Virus record (IMG/VR): IMGVR_UViG_3300044771_000024
Span: 1-35,035 of that record
Length of the DNA: 35,035 bases
DNA from: a virus
Taxonomy: Duplodnaviria > Caudoviricetes
Direction: 5' to 3' (one strand)
The position numbers were made by a program, and so were the translations under genes. Under the pieces are notes generated by a model that had not been told where the DNA came from, searched no databases, and saw only the letters and a list, made by a program, of their open reading frames with translations. This document shows, one piece after another, positions 1 through 9,879 of the stretch (its first letter is position 1; the number at the start of each line of letters is the position of its first letter).

Positions 1-97
1 TCCTCCCCTTAGCCTTGCCTGCTCGATAGGTAAGAAAGGTAACAAAGAACCCTATCAAGACAAGCAAAGCTAAACCTATTAGCGTTGTAGTCGTCAA
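1..97 (-). CDS. Putative inner-membrane spanin (Rz-like), N-terminal part, truncated by window edge
   Basis: Hand translation from TTG at 97: MTTTTLIGLALLVLIGFFVTFLTYRAGKAKGR... One N-terminal TM helix followed by basic residues, directly after the holin-like gene. Confidence 0.5.
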   Translation of the reverse strand, partial: MTTTTLIGLALLVLIGFFVTFLTYRAGKAKGR

Positions 98-103
98 ACT
101 CCC

Positions 104-277
104 CTAAACTTCTTTCTTTTTGCCGAGTTTTCTGAAAATCACAACGCCTATAGCCAAAAGAACATCTATTGCAATAGACAAGTCCTTTTCGGCTATGTCA
201 GCTCCTGCTAACTTCAATAACTGATGCACGATAATCAATGCACCAGCTATATAAGTCCTATATCCACTAATGCTCAT
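104..277 (-). CDS. Putative holin (57 aa, two hydrophobic segments, basic C-terminus)
   Basis: Not in ORF track. MSISGYRTYIAGALIIVHQLLKLAGADIAEKDLSIAIDVLLAIGVVIFRKLGKKKEV; GGGAGG RBS; lysis-cassette position. Confidence 0.6.
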   Translation of the reverse strand: MSISGYRTYIAGALIIVHQLLKLAGADIAEKDLSIAIDVLLAIGVVIFRKLGKKKEV

Positions 278-348
278 TGTTTACCTCCCTTCTTTTTAGT
301 TGCCTTGCCCTTTGCAATAGCCTTCTTACTGCCCTTCATGCTTCCCAT
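274..348 (-). CDS. Tiny Lys/Gly-rich basic peptide (24 aa)
   Basis: MGSMKGSKKAIAKGKATKKKGGKQ; AGGAG RBS; stop overlaps the holin ATG (ATGA). Confidence 0.45.
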   Translation of the reverse strand: MGSMKGSKKAIAKGKATKKKGGKQ

Positions 349-350
349 AA

Positions 351-515
351 TTATCTCCTTTTAGTGGGCTTCCAGCCATGTTCACCTGCTAAACGAGCGC
401 TTACAGATGCCTCCGCATCGGCTTTGGTCTTAGAAGCTCCTACTTGCTCCCCTGTGCTTTTGTTGATAATTTTAAAAGGTTTACCACCCCCGTCTTTTAC
501 AATTTTATATGGCAT
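351..515 (-). CDS. Small hypothetical phage protein (54 aa)
   Basis: MPYKIVKDGGGKPFKIINKSTGEQVGASKTKADAEASVSARLAGEHGWKPTKRR; GAGGGGG RBS; packed between neighbouring genes. Confidence 0.55.
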   Translation of the reverse strand: MPYKIVKDGGGKPFKIINKSTGEQVGASKTKADAEASVSARLAGEHGWKPTKRR

Positions 516-519
516 TATC

Positions 520-834
520 TCACCCCCTCTTGATATACTTTACTTGAACTTCCTCGATTGGAAATAACTTATCTGCTTTTTTACATTTCTTAATAAATGC
601 ACGCTCTTCAAAGTTAGGCTTGCCTATTTTAAAATGAATATATATACCACCCTTCAAAATCTTGCCTTTAAATCTTATTCTTGTAGCTCTATATACCATC
701 TTTTCACTCTGATAATAAGTAGCTTGCCATATATCCATTCCCGATACTGTAGCAATAAGAGTGCCATAACAATTCCTTACCGTTTCACTATGTGCAATAC
801 TGCAAACGGGTTTTTTATCATAAGCTGATAACAT
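520..834 (-). CDS. Hypothetical protein
   Basis: Track ORF 520..855; ATG at 834 with AAGGAGG RBS preferred. Confidence 0.6.
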   Translation of the reverse strand: MLSAYDKKPVCSIAHSETVRNCYGTLIATVSGMDIWQATYYQSEKMVYRATRIRFKGKILKGGIYIHFKIGKPNFEERAFIKKCKKADKLFPIEEVQVKYIKRG

Positions 835-835
835 T

Positions 836-1228
836 TTAAACCTCCTTAATTTCAAGACTAAAAATATCTATACCTTTTGTCAATTCGAGGAACTCTTGAA
901 ATCCTGCTCTGCTTACAGCTATTCCCGTTTTATCGTTCCTCTTAGCATACTGTTCACCAATGACGATACATCCTTCCGAGTCTGCCTCTGTATTGCCTGT
1001 GTGAAACAGAATTGCCGAACGGTTTTTAACATTTTCAACCTCGAAGGTATTCGGGTGCTTAGGACTACTAAATCTACAGCAACTATATTTACCAGCAGGA
1101 ATACAAGAGACTTTGGGCAGGTTATCAAGCCACGGTCTTTCAAGTGTAACTGCAAAAGGAATACCATCCCACAGAAGCACTCCAAAGGTTGCATAGGGTA
1201 ATAATGCTATTCGTTTAAGTTCGAGCAT
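836..1228 (-). CDS. DUF5675-family protein, probable endolysin (L,D-transpeptidase-like His/Cys motif)
   Basis: Motifs TLERPW, CIPAGKY and ILFHTGN...DSEGCIVIG; located in the lysis cassette. Confidence 0.7.
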   Translation of the reverse strand: MLELKRIALLPYATFGVLLWDGIPFAVTLERPWLDNLPKVSCIPAGKYSCCRFSSPKHPNTFEVENVKNRSAILFHTGNTEADSEGCIVIGEQYAKRNDKTGIAVSRAGFQEFLELTKGIDIFSLEIKEV

Positions 1229-1376
1229 CTTTTACCTTGTTATACAATTCCATATCGCTATCGTAACATGCTTGACAAGTTAAATCGAACGGTAAAGGTG
1301 TGCAAGGCAAGTGAGGTTCTACCCTGCAATCTCTATTTGCCCTACCTTGTTCTAATGCCCATTCGTCAAAGGTCAT
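1215..1376 (-). CDS. Small Cys-containing hypothetical protein (53 aa)
   Basis: MTFDEWALEQGRANRDCRVEPHLPCTPLPFDLTCQACYDSDMELYNKVKDART; ATGA-coupled to the upstream gene. Confidence 0.5.
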   Translation of the reverse strand: MTFDEWALEQGRANRDCRVEPHLPCTPLPFDLTCQACYDSDMELYNKVKDART

Positions 1377-1624
1377 AAATCCTGTCTCCTCTGTCCTTTA
1401 ATATAACCGACAAGCTCTGCAACTTGCCGAGTCATTTCAGCGTGGGACTCAAATATATTATTCACATTATGTTCAATATTTGCAAGACTTCTCTCCAAAG
1501 CGATTTGAGATTGTTCCCTTAATGTATTGCAGGTATCTACGCTTCTAAGTCCTTTACGGGCATAAAGAGTAGCACCTACTCCACCCACGATTAACGATGC
1601 CCCAGCAATTATTGTCTCAATCAT
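1373..1624 (-). CDS. Single-TM, coiled-coil membrane protein (holin/antiholin-like)
   Basis: N-terminal hydrophobic helix followed by an amphipathic helix; first gene of the lysis region. Confidence 0.5.
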   Translation of the reverse strand: MIETIIAGASLIVGGVGATLYARKGLRSVDTCNTLREQSQIALERSLANIEHNVNNIFESHAEMTRQVAELVGYIKGQRRQDL

Positions 1625-4600
1625 TTGCCTTGCCGTCTTGTGATTTCTATAAGCACTTTTAGACGCCCCATTTCCCGGGCGTCATCTATTGTGTCTTCTA
1701 TAATTTTCTTTTTTATTGTATCGGATAGCGTATTCCATGCTGGAGAATTTACTGCGGAACTAAGTATATTTTTCGCTAACTGTCCAGAAGTTACTGCATA
1801 TAAATCGTAATTTTGAGGAGATAGCTTGATGCCCTTTATTTCTTTAGAGGGAAGTCCTCTTGTAACCCGAAGTCTTACCATTTCTAAATTAAGTTTATCC
1901 TTCTTGAGAGTCGAGACTGCAATGGGAGAAATAAATCCTGCGCTTTCTCTTTTTATTTCCTCACCCCAAATATCCCGTTTAGGTAAAAGTCCCTCAGATA
2001 GAAAAGGCGTTCTGGCTCGTAATACATCGAGTGGTGTTTCCCTTTGACGCAGAGCAGGGTCAATTACTCTTGATACACCAGCTATACCAGCAGGGATAGC
2101 GCTTCCTATAAATCTGCCTACCCATGCCTCACCATAGCGTTCTGGTTCGGTTATAGCGTCTAACATGGAAGTTACACCTATAAGAAATGTCTTAGAGCTT
2201 AAATTCTTTGAAAAACTTAATGCTATTTGGGCCGCTATATCATTTATTCCCCTATCGGGCTTACCATGTGTGTTTTGAGTAATCTCTGCCAAGTCAGCAC
2301 TCATGCCCAGTATCATGCCGAGAGGCTCAAGTCTATTATAAGAGTAGTATTTACCATTAATTTCAAAAGAATATGGTTGCCAGCCCACTCTATAAAGAGC
2401 ATCTTTTGCTTCTTTTTGTTTTGGGCCTCCACCAGTAATTTTACCTTCTGATACAATCTCCATAACAGCCATTGCTGTAAGTGTCCCCGTCATTGACCGT
2501 GCAAGGGCAGTTTTAAAAGGCACGCTTTGTGTTTTATAAAAAAGTAATCCAAGCGGAGTTCTTTCTAAAGCAAATTTAGCTATATTGACTGGTGTTCGGA
2601 CAAAGGGAATAATATATGCAAGTGGAGTTCCTACAATAGGCAATTTTCGCCCCTGTATTAGCCACGAGGCAAGCCTACTCGGATTGTTGAATGTTCGATA
2701 CAGTGCCTCCTGAGAAGCCTTTTTTAACATTTCAGGTGTAGGATTTTCCATTAATTGCCCCATCCGAACTTTATCACCTTTTGATAGCTTGTAAGCCTCA
2801 GAATAAAGTGCGGCTCTATAATTAACTGCCTTAAAAATATTATCTTCAAATCTTAATGCTTTTGTGGGCGCACCAATAACTGCACCTGTTTTCCCACCAA
2901 TGGCTTGTAACTGCACGCCCTCAATTTTGGATTGTAAAAGTATATCTGCGGGCATCTGGTCTTCGATTGCTTTTAATCCAGCCCTTACGCCCTCTTTAAT
3001 GCCTTGCCACTTAGAAACGGATTGATGAATGTTATATCCTGATTTAACCGCTTTTGCATTTGCCGTTAGTGCTTGTAACCCTCCCTTGTAATGGTAAAAA
3101 GTTTGTTTAGGTGGTATTTCCAATCCCTTTAATAGAAAAGTGGCAGTGTTACCGAGTATATTTGCTATATGTGAAGCGGGATTAGAAAGCCATCCATTTA
3201 TTACCGCAAAATAAGCCTTATCCTTGAATGGAGTATGTGTAATAGTTTTAATGAATGTTTGAACCGCAAGCGGGTTATTCGGGTCTAACTTGAGAAATCT
3301 CTCTACTATTTCCGTTGTTAATTCTTTGTCGCCAAGTGCATCCAAAACAGTCTTATATCCCTCAACTGTGCCCTTAGCCTGAGACATCTTTTTGTGAATA
3401 TTTAATATCCGTCCTGCTTCTCCTGCTTCATTATGAACGGACTTTAAAATGCCTGCAACTTTATTCATGGCAAGTCGAATATCAACTGTTGCCATATCCG
3501 TTAGGGGCTCACCCCTTGAAAGTATTTCAACATGCTTTTTTTGTAATGCGCTTAATTTAGTAACGGCATCATTAACTAAATCTCTTTTAGCTTGTATCCA
3601 CGCTTCACCAGAAATATGAGCAGGTTTATCTTTCAAGGCAGAGTCTATGTCTATGCCAAGACTGTTTGCTTCTTCTTGTATTTCTGCCCATGTGCGTTTG
3701 GTTTTTTTAATATTATACTGGTCGGCTAAGTCGTTAACGAGTTTTTTAATCTCATAAGGTGCTTCAATACGCTCAAGATTAATAGAACCTCGATATTTAG
3801 GTAATGGCTGTCCAAAAGCCAAACCTCCTGCTTCTGGTGAAACTGGTTCAAGAGCTATTTCCTCTACGGCACGCCCCAGAAGGGTCTCGGGAGCCTCTAC
3901 AGAGGGCAATTTACCCTCAAGGGCGGGAGTTTCAGCCTGTAGCCCTAATTGTGGCTGAGAAGGCTTAATTATGGCTTCTGAAGGCTCAGGGTCATATCCC
4001 GCCTTTTGGGGGGGTTCTGCCTTCAATGACTCTATCGGTTCAAGTGCCTTTGTAACTTCTGGGGGAATGCCTTCTTTCTTTATAGCTTCAAGCTCTGCCT
4101 TGCTGATTTTCCCCATCTTGTAGAGAGTTTGTGCCCTTTCGATTGCCTTTTGAGCCCTTAATTTATTTGCATATGTCTGGACATTATGAGCTACCTCTTG
4201 AGGATTAACGCCTGCGTTAAGACTATTCATAGCCTCTTGAACCTTAGCCTTATCACCTTTAATTTGGGCTTCTGCTATTTGCTTTATGGAAAGGTCATTG
4301 ACGACTTCGATAGGCTTCATGGTCATGCCTTCTTTAGTCATCTTGGCTTGTTGTTCCTTAACTTCAACCAAAGCCTTAGATTTCTCAAACGGGACTTGAC
4401 TAAGAAAGGCTATCTCAGGTTCGCTGAGGGGATGCCCAGCCATCTTTTTAGCCTGAATTGACTCAAGAGTGGGAGTTATAGGAGATGGAATTTCAGGAGG
4501 AGTTATCTCAACGCCTGTTTTTTCTATTGTGGTCTTAGGCTGATATGCTATTTGCTTGATTTCGGTTACAAACGCCTTAGCTTCCGCAGGGGATACTTTA

Positions 4601-5199
4601 CCCTTCCTTAGAAATTTCGTAGTTTTTCCTACCACTGAGGGTATTCCCATCATTAAGATTGTCTCTACTACTGCGCCTGCATCGGGCTCATCCGTTACCC
4701 TTGCGACAAGTTCCCCTGCTTTAGAAGAAATCTTAGATAAGACCTCTATGGGATATTGTATTCGTCTTGCCCATTTCTCACCTTCTGGAGTTTGAGGCTG
4801 AGGTAATTTTTTCTGAATTTCTTCCATGCCTTCATGGGCAGACTCCAAAAAGCCCTGAAAGCCCCTTCTACCTTCTGTTCCTATTCCACCTAAACCAGCA
4901 CCTAATCCTGCAATCCCCGCTACAGGTAAACCTAACAATCCTATTGCAGTAGTGCCAAGACCTTCCGTAAATCCTTGTATTCCTTTAGGCACTCCACTTG
5001 TTTCTCTGCCAAGTTGAAATAGCTGTTCTTTTGTTATGCCCATTGGTTTAGGTTCGGCTTGGGCTTCAGCAAAACTTCTAAGTAAACTTTCTTTTTTTTT
5101 CGGAAAGAAGTCTCTTTGGACTACCATGTCAATTACATGGTCAGGTGTTTCATCGGGAAACTCAAGAGTTTCCCTGCCTTCTATTTGAACTTGTATCAT
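1621..5199 (-). CDS. Large internal virion / DNA ejection protein (1192 aa)
   Basis: Largest ORF and last of three helical proteins after the tail genes, matching podovirus ejection-protein synteny; N-terminal LEFPDETPD segment; C-terminal YYSYNRLEPLG-type region. Confidence 0.65.
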   Translation of the reverse strand: MIQVQIEGRETLEFPDETPDHVIDMVVQRDFFPKKKESLLRSFAEAQAEPKPMGITKEQLFQLGRETSGVPKGIQGFTEGLGTTAIGLLGLPVAGIAGLGAGLGGIGTEGRRGFQGFLESAHEGMEEIQKKLPQPQTPEGEKWARRIQYPIEVLSKISSKAGELVARVTDEPDAGAVVETILMMGIPSVVGKTTKFLRKGKVSPAEAKAFVTEIKQIAYQPKTTIEKTGVEITPPEIPSPITPTLESIQAKKMAGHPLSEPEIAFLSQVPFEKSKALVEVKEQQAKMTKEGMTMKPIEVVNDLSIKQIAEAQIKGDKAKVQEAMNSLNAGVNPQEVAHNVQTYANKLRAQKAIERAQTLYKMGKISKAELEAIKKEGIPPEVTKALEPIESLKAEPPQKAGYDPEPSEAIIKPSQPQLGLQAETPALEGKLPSVEAPETLLGRAVEEIALEPVSPEAGGLAFGQPLPKYRGSINLERIEAPYEIKKLVNDLADQYNIKKTKRTWAEIQEEANSLGIDIDSALKDKPAHISGEAWIQAKRDLVNDAVTKLSALQKKHVEILSRGEPLTDMATVDIRLAMNKVAGILKSVHNEAGEAGRILNIHKKMSQAKGTVEGYKTVLDALGDKELTTEIVERFLKLDPNNPLAVQTFIKTITHTPFKDKAYFAVINGWLSNPASHIANILGNTATFLLKGLEIPPKQTFYHYKGGLQALTANAKAVKSGYNIHQSVSKWQGIKEGVRAGLKAIEDQMPADILLQSKIEGVQLQAIGGKTGAVIGAPTKALRFEDNIFKAVNYRAALYSEAYKLSKGDKVRMGQLMENPTPEMLKKASQEALYRTFNNPSRLASWLIQGRKLPIVGTPLAYIIPFVRTPVNIAKFALERTPLGLLFYKTQSVPFKTALARSMTGTLTAMAVMEIVSEGKITGGGPKQKEAKDALYRVGWQPYSFEINGKYYSYNRLEPLGMILGMSADLAEITQNTHGKPDRGINDIAAQIALSFSKNLSSKTFLIGVTSMLDAITEPERYGEAWVGRFIGSAIPAGIAGVSRVIDPALRQRETPLDVLRARTPFLSEGLLPKRDIWGEEIKRESAGFISPIAVSTLKKDKLNLEMVRLRVTRGLPSKEIKGIKLSPQNYDLYAVTSGQLAKNILSSAVNSPAWNTLSDTIKKKIIEDTIDDAREMGRLKVLIEITRRQGK

Positions 5200-6161
5200 T
5201 GTCTCTTGCCTGTTGTATCATACCGAATTGTCTGAGGATTAACTCTCGGTGTAGATAGGGGTGTGTTTCTTGGTGGCACACCTACCTTGCCCCTTATTAT
5301 TGGAATATATCTTTTGTCTATCTCATCTAAATCACCTAAAATAGATGCTTTGACTTCGGGAGGGACTGCTTTCCCGAATTTGCTCGTCATGAATAACGAT
5401 AGCACTGATGCGTCATCCATATTCCTTGCCTGTAACTGTTCATCTAATGTAAACCATGTCTTAATTTTCTGCATTGCGCTTGCCCGTTCTGCATTAAAAG
5501 CCGATATTACTGAGGTAGCTTTTTCACTATCGCCCGTGGGTTCCTTATATCTCTTTTCCCATCCACCAGTATTAGCCTCATTAAATTGATTGGGGTCTGC
5601 TAAATTAAATTGTTTAACCTCTGTTTTTTTGGTCTGAGGATTAACTCGTGTAAGCTCCTCATGGTGAGATGTTGGGGCTTTAAGGTCAGGCATTGCTTTC
5701 CATATTTCTGTTGCTTCTCTTATCTGAGGATATAATTCACTACTACCACCAGAAAGACGATTAAGCTCTTGGAATATTGAAGCCGATGCTTGGTTATAAG
5801 CATCCGTGCCTTTTGGCGCCTTTGAGTCGTTGCTCAACTCAACGAGACGCTTTAAGGCATTATCTACTTCTGGAGTGTAATCAATGAATTCTCCTATAGA
5901 ATGTCCACGTTTTTGAAAATAAGGCACAACCACCTCATTAAGCACCTCAACCTTTTTAGCAGAAGGATAATATTTTAACATAGCAACTGTATCATTTACA
6001 TTTTGTGCTTCTTTCTTAAATGCTTTTTCTTCCCGTTCTATTTCGTCCTGTTGAGCCTGCCTTTGTATTTGTTGACGCTGTAAACCTAACTGCTGACCAG
6101 TTTGAAAACCCTGCATTAGCCCCTGTCCTAAGGCCGCATATGGATTAGCAAATTCGGGCAT
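5196..6161 (-). CDS. Internal virion / ejection protein
   Basis: Gly/Gln-rich N-terminus (NPYAALGQGLMQGFQTGQQ), helical; synteny; ATG 6161 with GGGAGG RBS. Confidence 0.55.
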   Translation of the reverse strand: MPEFANPYAALGQGLMQGFQTGQQLGLQRQQIQRQAQQDEIEREEKAFKKEAQNVNDTVAMLKYYPSAKKVEVLNEVVVPYFQKRGHSIGEFIDYTPEVDNALKRLVELSNDSKAPKGTDAYNQASASIFQELNRLSGGSSELYPQIREATEIWKAMPDLKAPTSHHEELTRVNPQTKKTEVKQFNLADPNQFNEANTGGWEKRYKEPTGDSEKATSVISAFNAERASAMQKIKTWFTLDEQLQARNMDDASVLSLFMTSKFGKAVPPEVKASILGDLDEIDKRYIPIIRGKVGVPPRNTPLSTPRVNPQTIRYDTTGKRQ

Positions 6162-6172
6162 ATTAACCTCCC

Positions 6173-7021
6173 TCACTGTTTTTTAGACGCAACCATGGGC
6201 GCACCCAGATAAGCCCCTGCGGCAATGCCTGCTACTCCGCCTATTGTGCTTAACCAACCAGTTTCCCTCTGTAACCTGAGTTGTTTAGTCATTAGAGCCT
6301 GTTGTGCCATCTGTTGCTGTTGTTGCTGTCCTCTTTCATACATCATCCCATAATAGGGCTGTAATCCCATTGTCTGTTGCAGTACCCCTGATGGCATGGC
6401 CTGGGCGCTCTGTCTATAAGCCATCATCTGTTGAAAGCCCTCACCCAACGCTCCCCTGCGGGCCGCCTCTCTTGCAATATTAGCGCTTTCGGCCAGTCCA
6501 GCAGTAGTTTGGGCCCAAGGAGTTGAGCCTTCAAGTTGTCCTCTACGAGCCATTGTTTCACGGGCGATTTCTTCACTCCCAGTTATATCTCGTTCAAGAG
6601 CAGGCGATACAGGTATCTCTCCCCTCATAGCTTTAAGTTGTTGCTCATATTGTAATCCTGCAAGTGGGTCTATGCCTTTAAGGGATGTAATCCGTTCAAG
6701 TTCACCCATAGGCACTAAGCTCCCGCCCTCATCATATTTAAGCCCCTGCATGGCAAGATAGTAAGGTTCAAGTTCACGCTGTTGCTTGCGAGCACGCATA
6801 ATATTCGCTTGTTCCATCTGTGCCATATAATAAGGAGCGTCAAAATGACTTCTTGTTTTTAGTCCCTCCCATGTTATTTTCCTTGTGTTTTTATTGCTTG
6901 TTCCGCCACTATAGGCGCCACCTGCTGGTGCAACATAAGGTACAGAAGTTTCACCTGCTAAAATCGCCTCCAATTCCTTCATAGTCCACGGTGAACTAAA
7001 AACCTTAGATTCTGCCATCAT
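6173..7021 (-). CDS. Internal virion / ejection protein (P22 gp7-like position)
   Basis: Gln/Met/Ala-rich with a Gly/Ala hydrophobic end (LSTIGGVAGIAAGAYLG); synteny. Confidence 0.5.
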   Translation of the reverse strand: MMAESKVFSSPWTMKELEAILAGETSVPYVAPAGGAYSGGTSNKNTRKITWEGLKTRSHFDAPYYMAQMEQANIMRARKQQRELEPYYLAMQGLKYDEGGSLVPMGELERITSLKGIDPLAGLQYEQQLKAMRGEIPVSPALERDITGSEEIARETMARRGQLEGSTPWAQTTAGLAESANIAREAARRGALGEGFQQMMAYRQSAQAMPSGVLQQTMGLQPYYGMMYERGQQQQQQMAQQALMTKQLRLQRETGWLSTIGGVAGIAAGAYLGAPMVASKKQ

Positions 7022-7027
7022 ATCCTC

Positions 7028-8344
7028 CTAATATTCCCATCCTGAAATATTTATATCTACTGTCATGTTAGAAAGCCTTACAAAATAATACATCGTTTGT
7101 GCCTCAACTAATGTTAAGTCAAAGCCCCAGTAGAGTGCCTGTAATTCACTATTTATGTCATCTTGATAATGATATTTCCGACCTAAGCCGTATACTGTAG
7201 AGGCAATATAAAAATACATATTATCTGTTCCAGCGGCATAGCCTACGCCTATATCTCCTGAAATACTAACAGCCGTAGATGGAACAACAGCACTTAAATT
7301 AATGGCAGTATAAGAAGTTGCAGAAGAGCCTGTGTTAAGTGCAACGGTTGCCTCCATAACTACTCTTTTATCTTTTTGATACATTGCCTTTATGCCTGCG
7401 GAGGCAGAATTGTAAACAGCGCCAAGATATGCCTTATAAACATAAGTAGAAGGCATTGTAGGAGCAGACGATGATGTAGAAAACATTAAACCAGTAGAAG
7501 TTGAATTTGAAATACCCCATATATGATACCAAGTAGAACCCACAGCACTACCTGTATCTAATCCCGAAACACCCGAATTAAGTATTGAAGCCTGTTGATT
7601 GACCATCGAATACACCTTGTGAACATTGTTAGTGGTGTCCTGCAGGATTGCTTCCGCTATCGAGGCATTGATTATATAATTTGTAGTGTTAGTTATAGTT
7701 AAAGCCCTATAATCATCTCTCAATCCACCTTCTGCACTGCTTACCTTATTAATCACTTGCCACGATGTGCCATTACTAAAGAGAGACTTAACATCATTTT
7801 GGTTCATAAGACTTGCGGTTAAAGAACCATCTATCGTCTCTGTGCTGTTAGCATCTATGGCAACTATCCCAGTGCCAATATTCTTAAAGACCTGATATTT
7901 ATTAGCCATGCTCGATGCTGACGGAAGCGTTACAGTAGCTGTTTCGTTCACCATCACCAAAAAATCATCGGATGTGGCTGTATAATTTGCACTCTTGATA
8001 ACCCATCCATAGGGGTCTATATACCACTGAGACCTCCCTAATTGTTTGAGAATATATCTCATTCGTTCAAGTTCGCCCTGTAGGGAAGTTGCTAACGATG
8101 TCGCTCCGCCAGGGTAAGGGTCTGCAACTATTTGCATCTGTCCTTCCGTGGTGGAGTAATCATCTATGCCAGTAGGTGCAAAATTGTTTAAAATATTATC
8201 GAATTCTGCATTAAGGTCTGATGCTGTAAGTGTTTCAGCAGTCCATATTTTAATACGGCTAAATGTAGCGACTGCAAATACCTGCGATACACTTAAAAGA
8301 ATAATCAGACTTGTAATAAATATTTTTCTCGTGGTTTTTCTCAT
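7028..8344 (-). CDS. Tail fibre/spike-like protein with N-terminal signal peptide
   Basis: LTASDLNAEFDNI head-binding-like segment, KSANYT...TVTLP fibre module, Ser/Thr-rich beta C-terminus; follows the nozzle gene. Confidence 0.65.
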   Translation of the reverse strand: MRKTTRKIFITSLIILLSVSQVFAVATFSRIKIWTAETLTASDLNAEFDNILNNFAPTGIDDYSTTEGQMQIVADPYPGGATSLATSLQGELERMRYILKQLGRSQWYIDPYGWVIKSANYTATSDDFLVMVNETATVTLPSASSMANKYQVFKNIGTGIVAIDANSTETIDGSLTASLMNQNDVKSLFSNGTSWQVINKVSSAEGGLRDDYRALTITNTTNYIINASIAEAILQDTTNNVHKVYSMVNQQASILNSGVSGLDTGSAVGSTWYHIWGISNSTSTGLMFSTSSSAPTMPSTYVYKAYLGAVYNSASAGIKAMYQKDKRVVMEATVALNTGSSATSYTAINLSAVVPSTAVSISGDIGVGYAAGTDNMYFYIASTVYGLGRKYHYQDDINSELQALYWGFDLTLVEAQTMYYFVRLSNMTVDINISGWEY

Positions 8345-9879
8345 GCTCTTGCCCCCCAGATTTTATAGTCATCTATGATGGCGCTTATTTCAAATGTCTG
8401 ATTGACTGTATTGATATAAAATTCCCTTTTAATTCTTTTGCCAATGACATTTACATAAGCCGTGCCTTCCGTTACTTCACCACCACCCAAAATATCAGTA
8501 TCTAATAGAAAACTGTTTAAAACACCCCCTATACCTGCAAGCGTGATGGCAAAAAGACCAATATAAGTTCCGTCTACCCATACTTTCATGTATAAATTAT
8601 AATTTCCTTTAGGAGTTGCTATTATTTTTGTCTTTTGAAAATACTTGGTAAGTCGTGAATTACCAAAAGCCATATAGGGCATGGTAAAGCCATTATAAAA
8701 GGCAAGTCCACCATCATTGGCATTATTGGTTTCAAGCTCCCAGAGAAAACCCGCATAATCTCCCGTATAGCATTTATAATTCCCTGTGCCTTTAAGCACT
8801 ATTCCCGAGCAGGAAGCCAAATAACCGCCTGCTATTGCATCATGCACCATCCACGCTTCATCTACAGGACGATTTATGTAATAAAGCAATGCTGTATCTA
8901 CTGTAGTTTTGCCTGCCCGAACAACAAAGATTTTAAGAGCATTTAAAATTGGGTCAAAAACCCCATGAAATTGAGATATTCTCGTTAGATTAACATTTTC
9001 TTTAATCCATCTATTCATAAAGGAAGGTCTTAATAAAGATGCTTTTTTGTAATCACCATAATCTTGAACTGCACCGATGGAGTAGATTTCACCATCCTCA
9101 GACATACCTACAATATCATTGATTGTCTTGATAATTAATTTAAAATTAGCCGCTCCGCCATTCCATTGAGCAGTATAATAGCCCCAATTAGCGGTATTAG
9201 TGTCTTCATCGTCAATGATAAATGCCTTGTTTTTGCTAAAGACGATTAATCTATCGCCCCATTCTACACCGCCTATAAGTCCACTTTCGGACTCGATGGG
9301 CAAATAAATTACATTGGCATTTGAAAAGTCATTCCCATTGCCAAGTGCTGAGGCATATACTCCACTGGATAAAATCGCCCACAATCTCCGTGAGTTGCCC
9401 TTACCGTGTGCAATTAGTTGAATGGGATGGTTAGTGCCTGTCCAATCTGTCGGTATGCTGGTTATGTTGGAAGTTGAACTTGCCAAGCCATCCCATGTTT
9501 GAGGACGATTAGCACCATTACAAACAAATAGTGTATCTTCAAAAATTTCAAAGTGAGGATATTTATTGCTGGTGGCAAAAGTATGTAAGGCAGTAGTAAG
9601 GTCGGAGCTTTTATATAGTTTGCCATCTGCGCAAAGTAAAACTATATTTTGCACTCCACCTTGTTTAATAAAATCATAAATCCCCATAATTTGAGGCGCA
9701 TCGCTTATAGCAGTTGCATTTATCTTACTTGTGCCTCCTCTGGTAGTTCTACCGCCCTCATGAAGATTGAGGTTTCTGGTAGGATGCACCATAGCAACGG
9801 GTGGAATAGCATCTATATTTAATGAATGGTTCATACCACCCTGTTCACAGGGAGTCAAATGTATTAAGCCTCTTCCCAT
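8341..9879 (-). CDS. Tail nozzle / packaged-DNA stabilization protein (P22 gp10-like)
   Basis: 512 aa, beta-propeller-like sequence, immediately after the adaptor gene. Confidence 0.65.
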   Translation of the reverse strand: MGRGLIHLTPCEQGGMNHSLNIDAIPPVAMVHPTRNLNLHEGGRTTRGGTSKINATAISDAPQIMGIYDFIKQGGVQNIVLLCADGKLYKSSDLTTALHTFATSNKYPHFEIFEDTLFVCNGANRPQTWDGLASSTSNITSIPTDWTGTNHPIQLIAHGKGNSRRLWAILSSGVYASALGNGNDFSNANVIYLPIESESGLIGGVEWGDRLIVFSKNKAFIIDDEDTNTANWGYYTAQWNGGAANFKLIIKTINDIVGMSEDGEIYSIGAVQDYGDYKKASLLRPSFMNRWIKENVNLTRISQFHGVFDPILNALKIFVVRAGKTTVDTALLYYINRPVDEAWMVHDAIAGGYLASCSGIVLKGTGNYKCYTGDYAGFLWELETNNANDGGLAFYNGFTMPYMAFGNSRLTKYFQKTKIIATPKGNYNLYMKVWVDGTYIGLFAITLAGIGGVLNSFLLDTDILGGGEVTEGTAYVNVIGKRIKREFYINTVNQTFEISAIIDDYKIWGARA

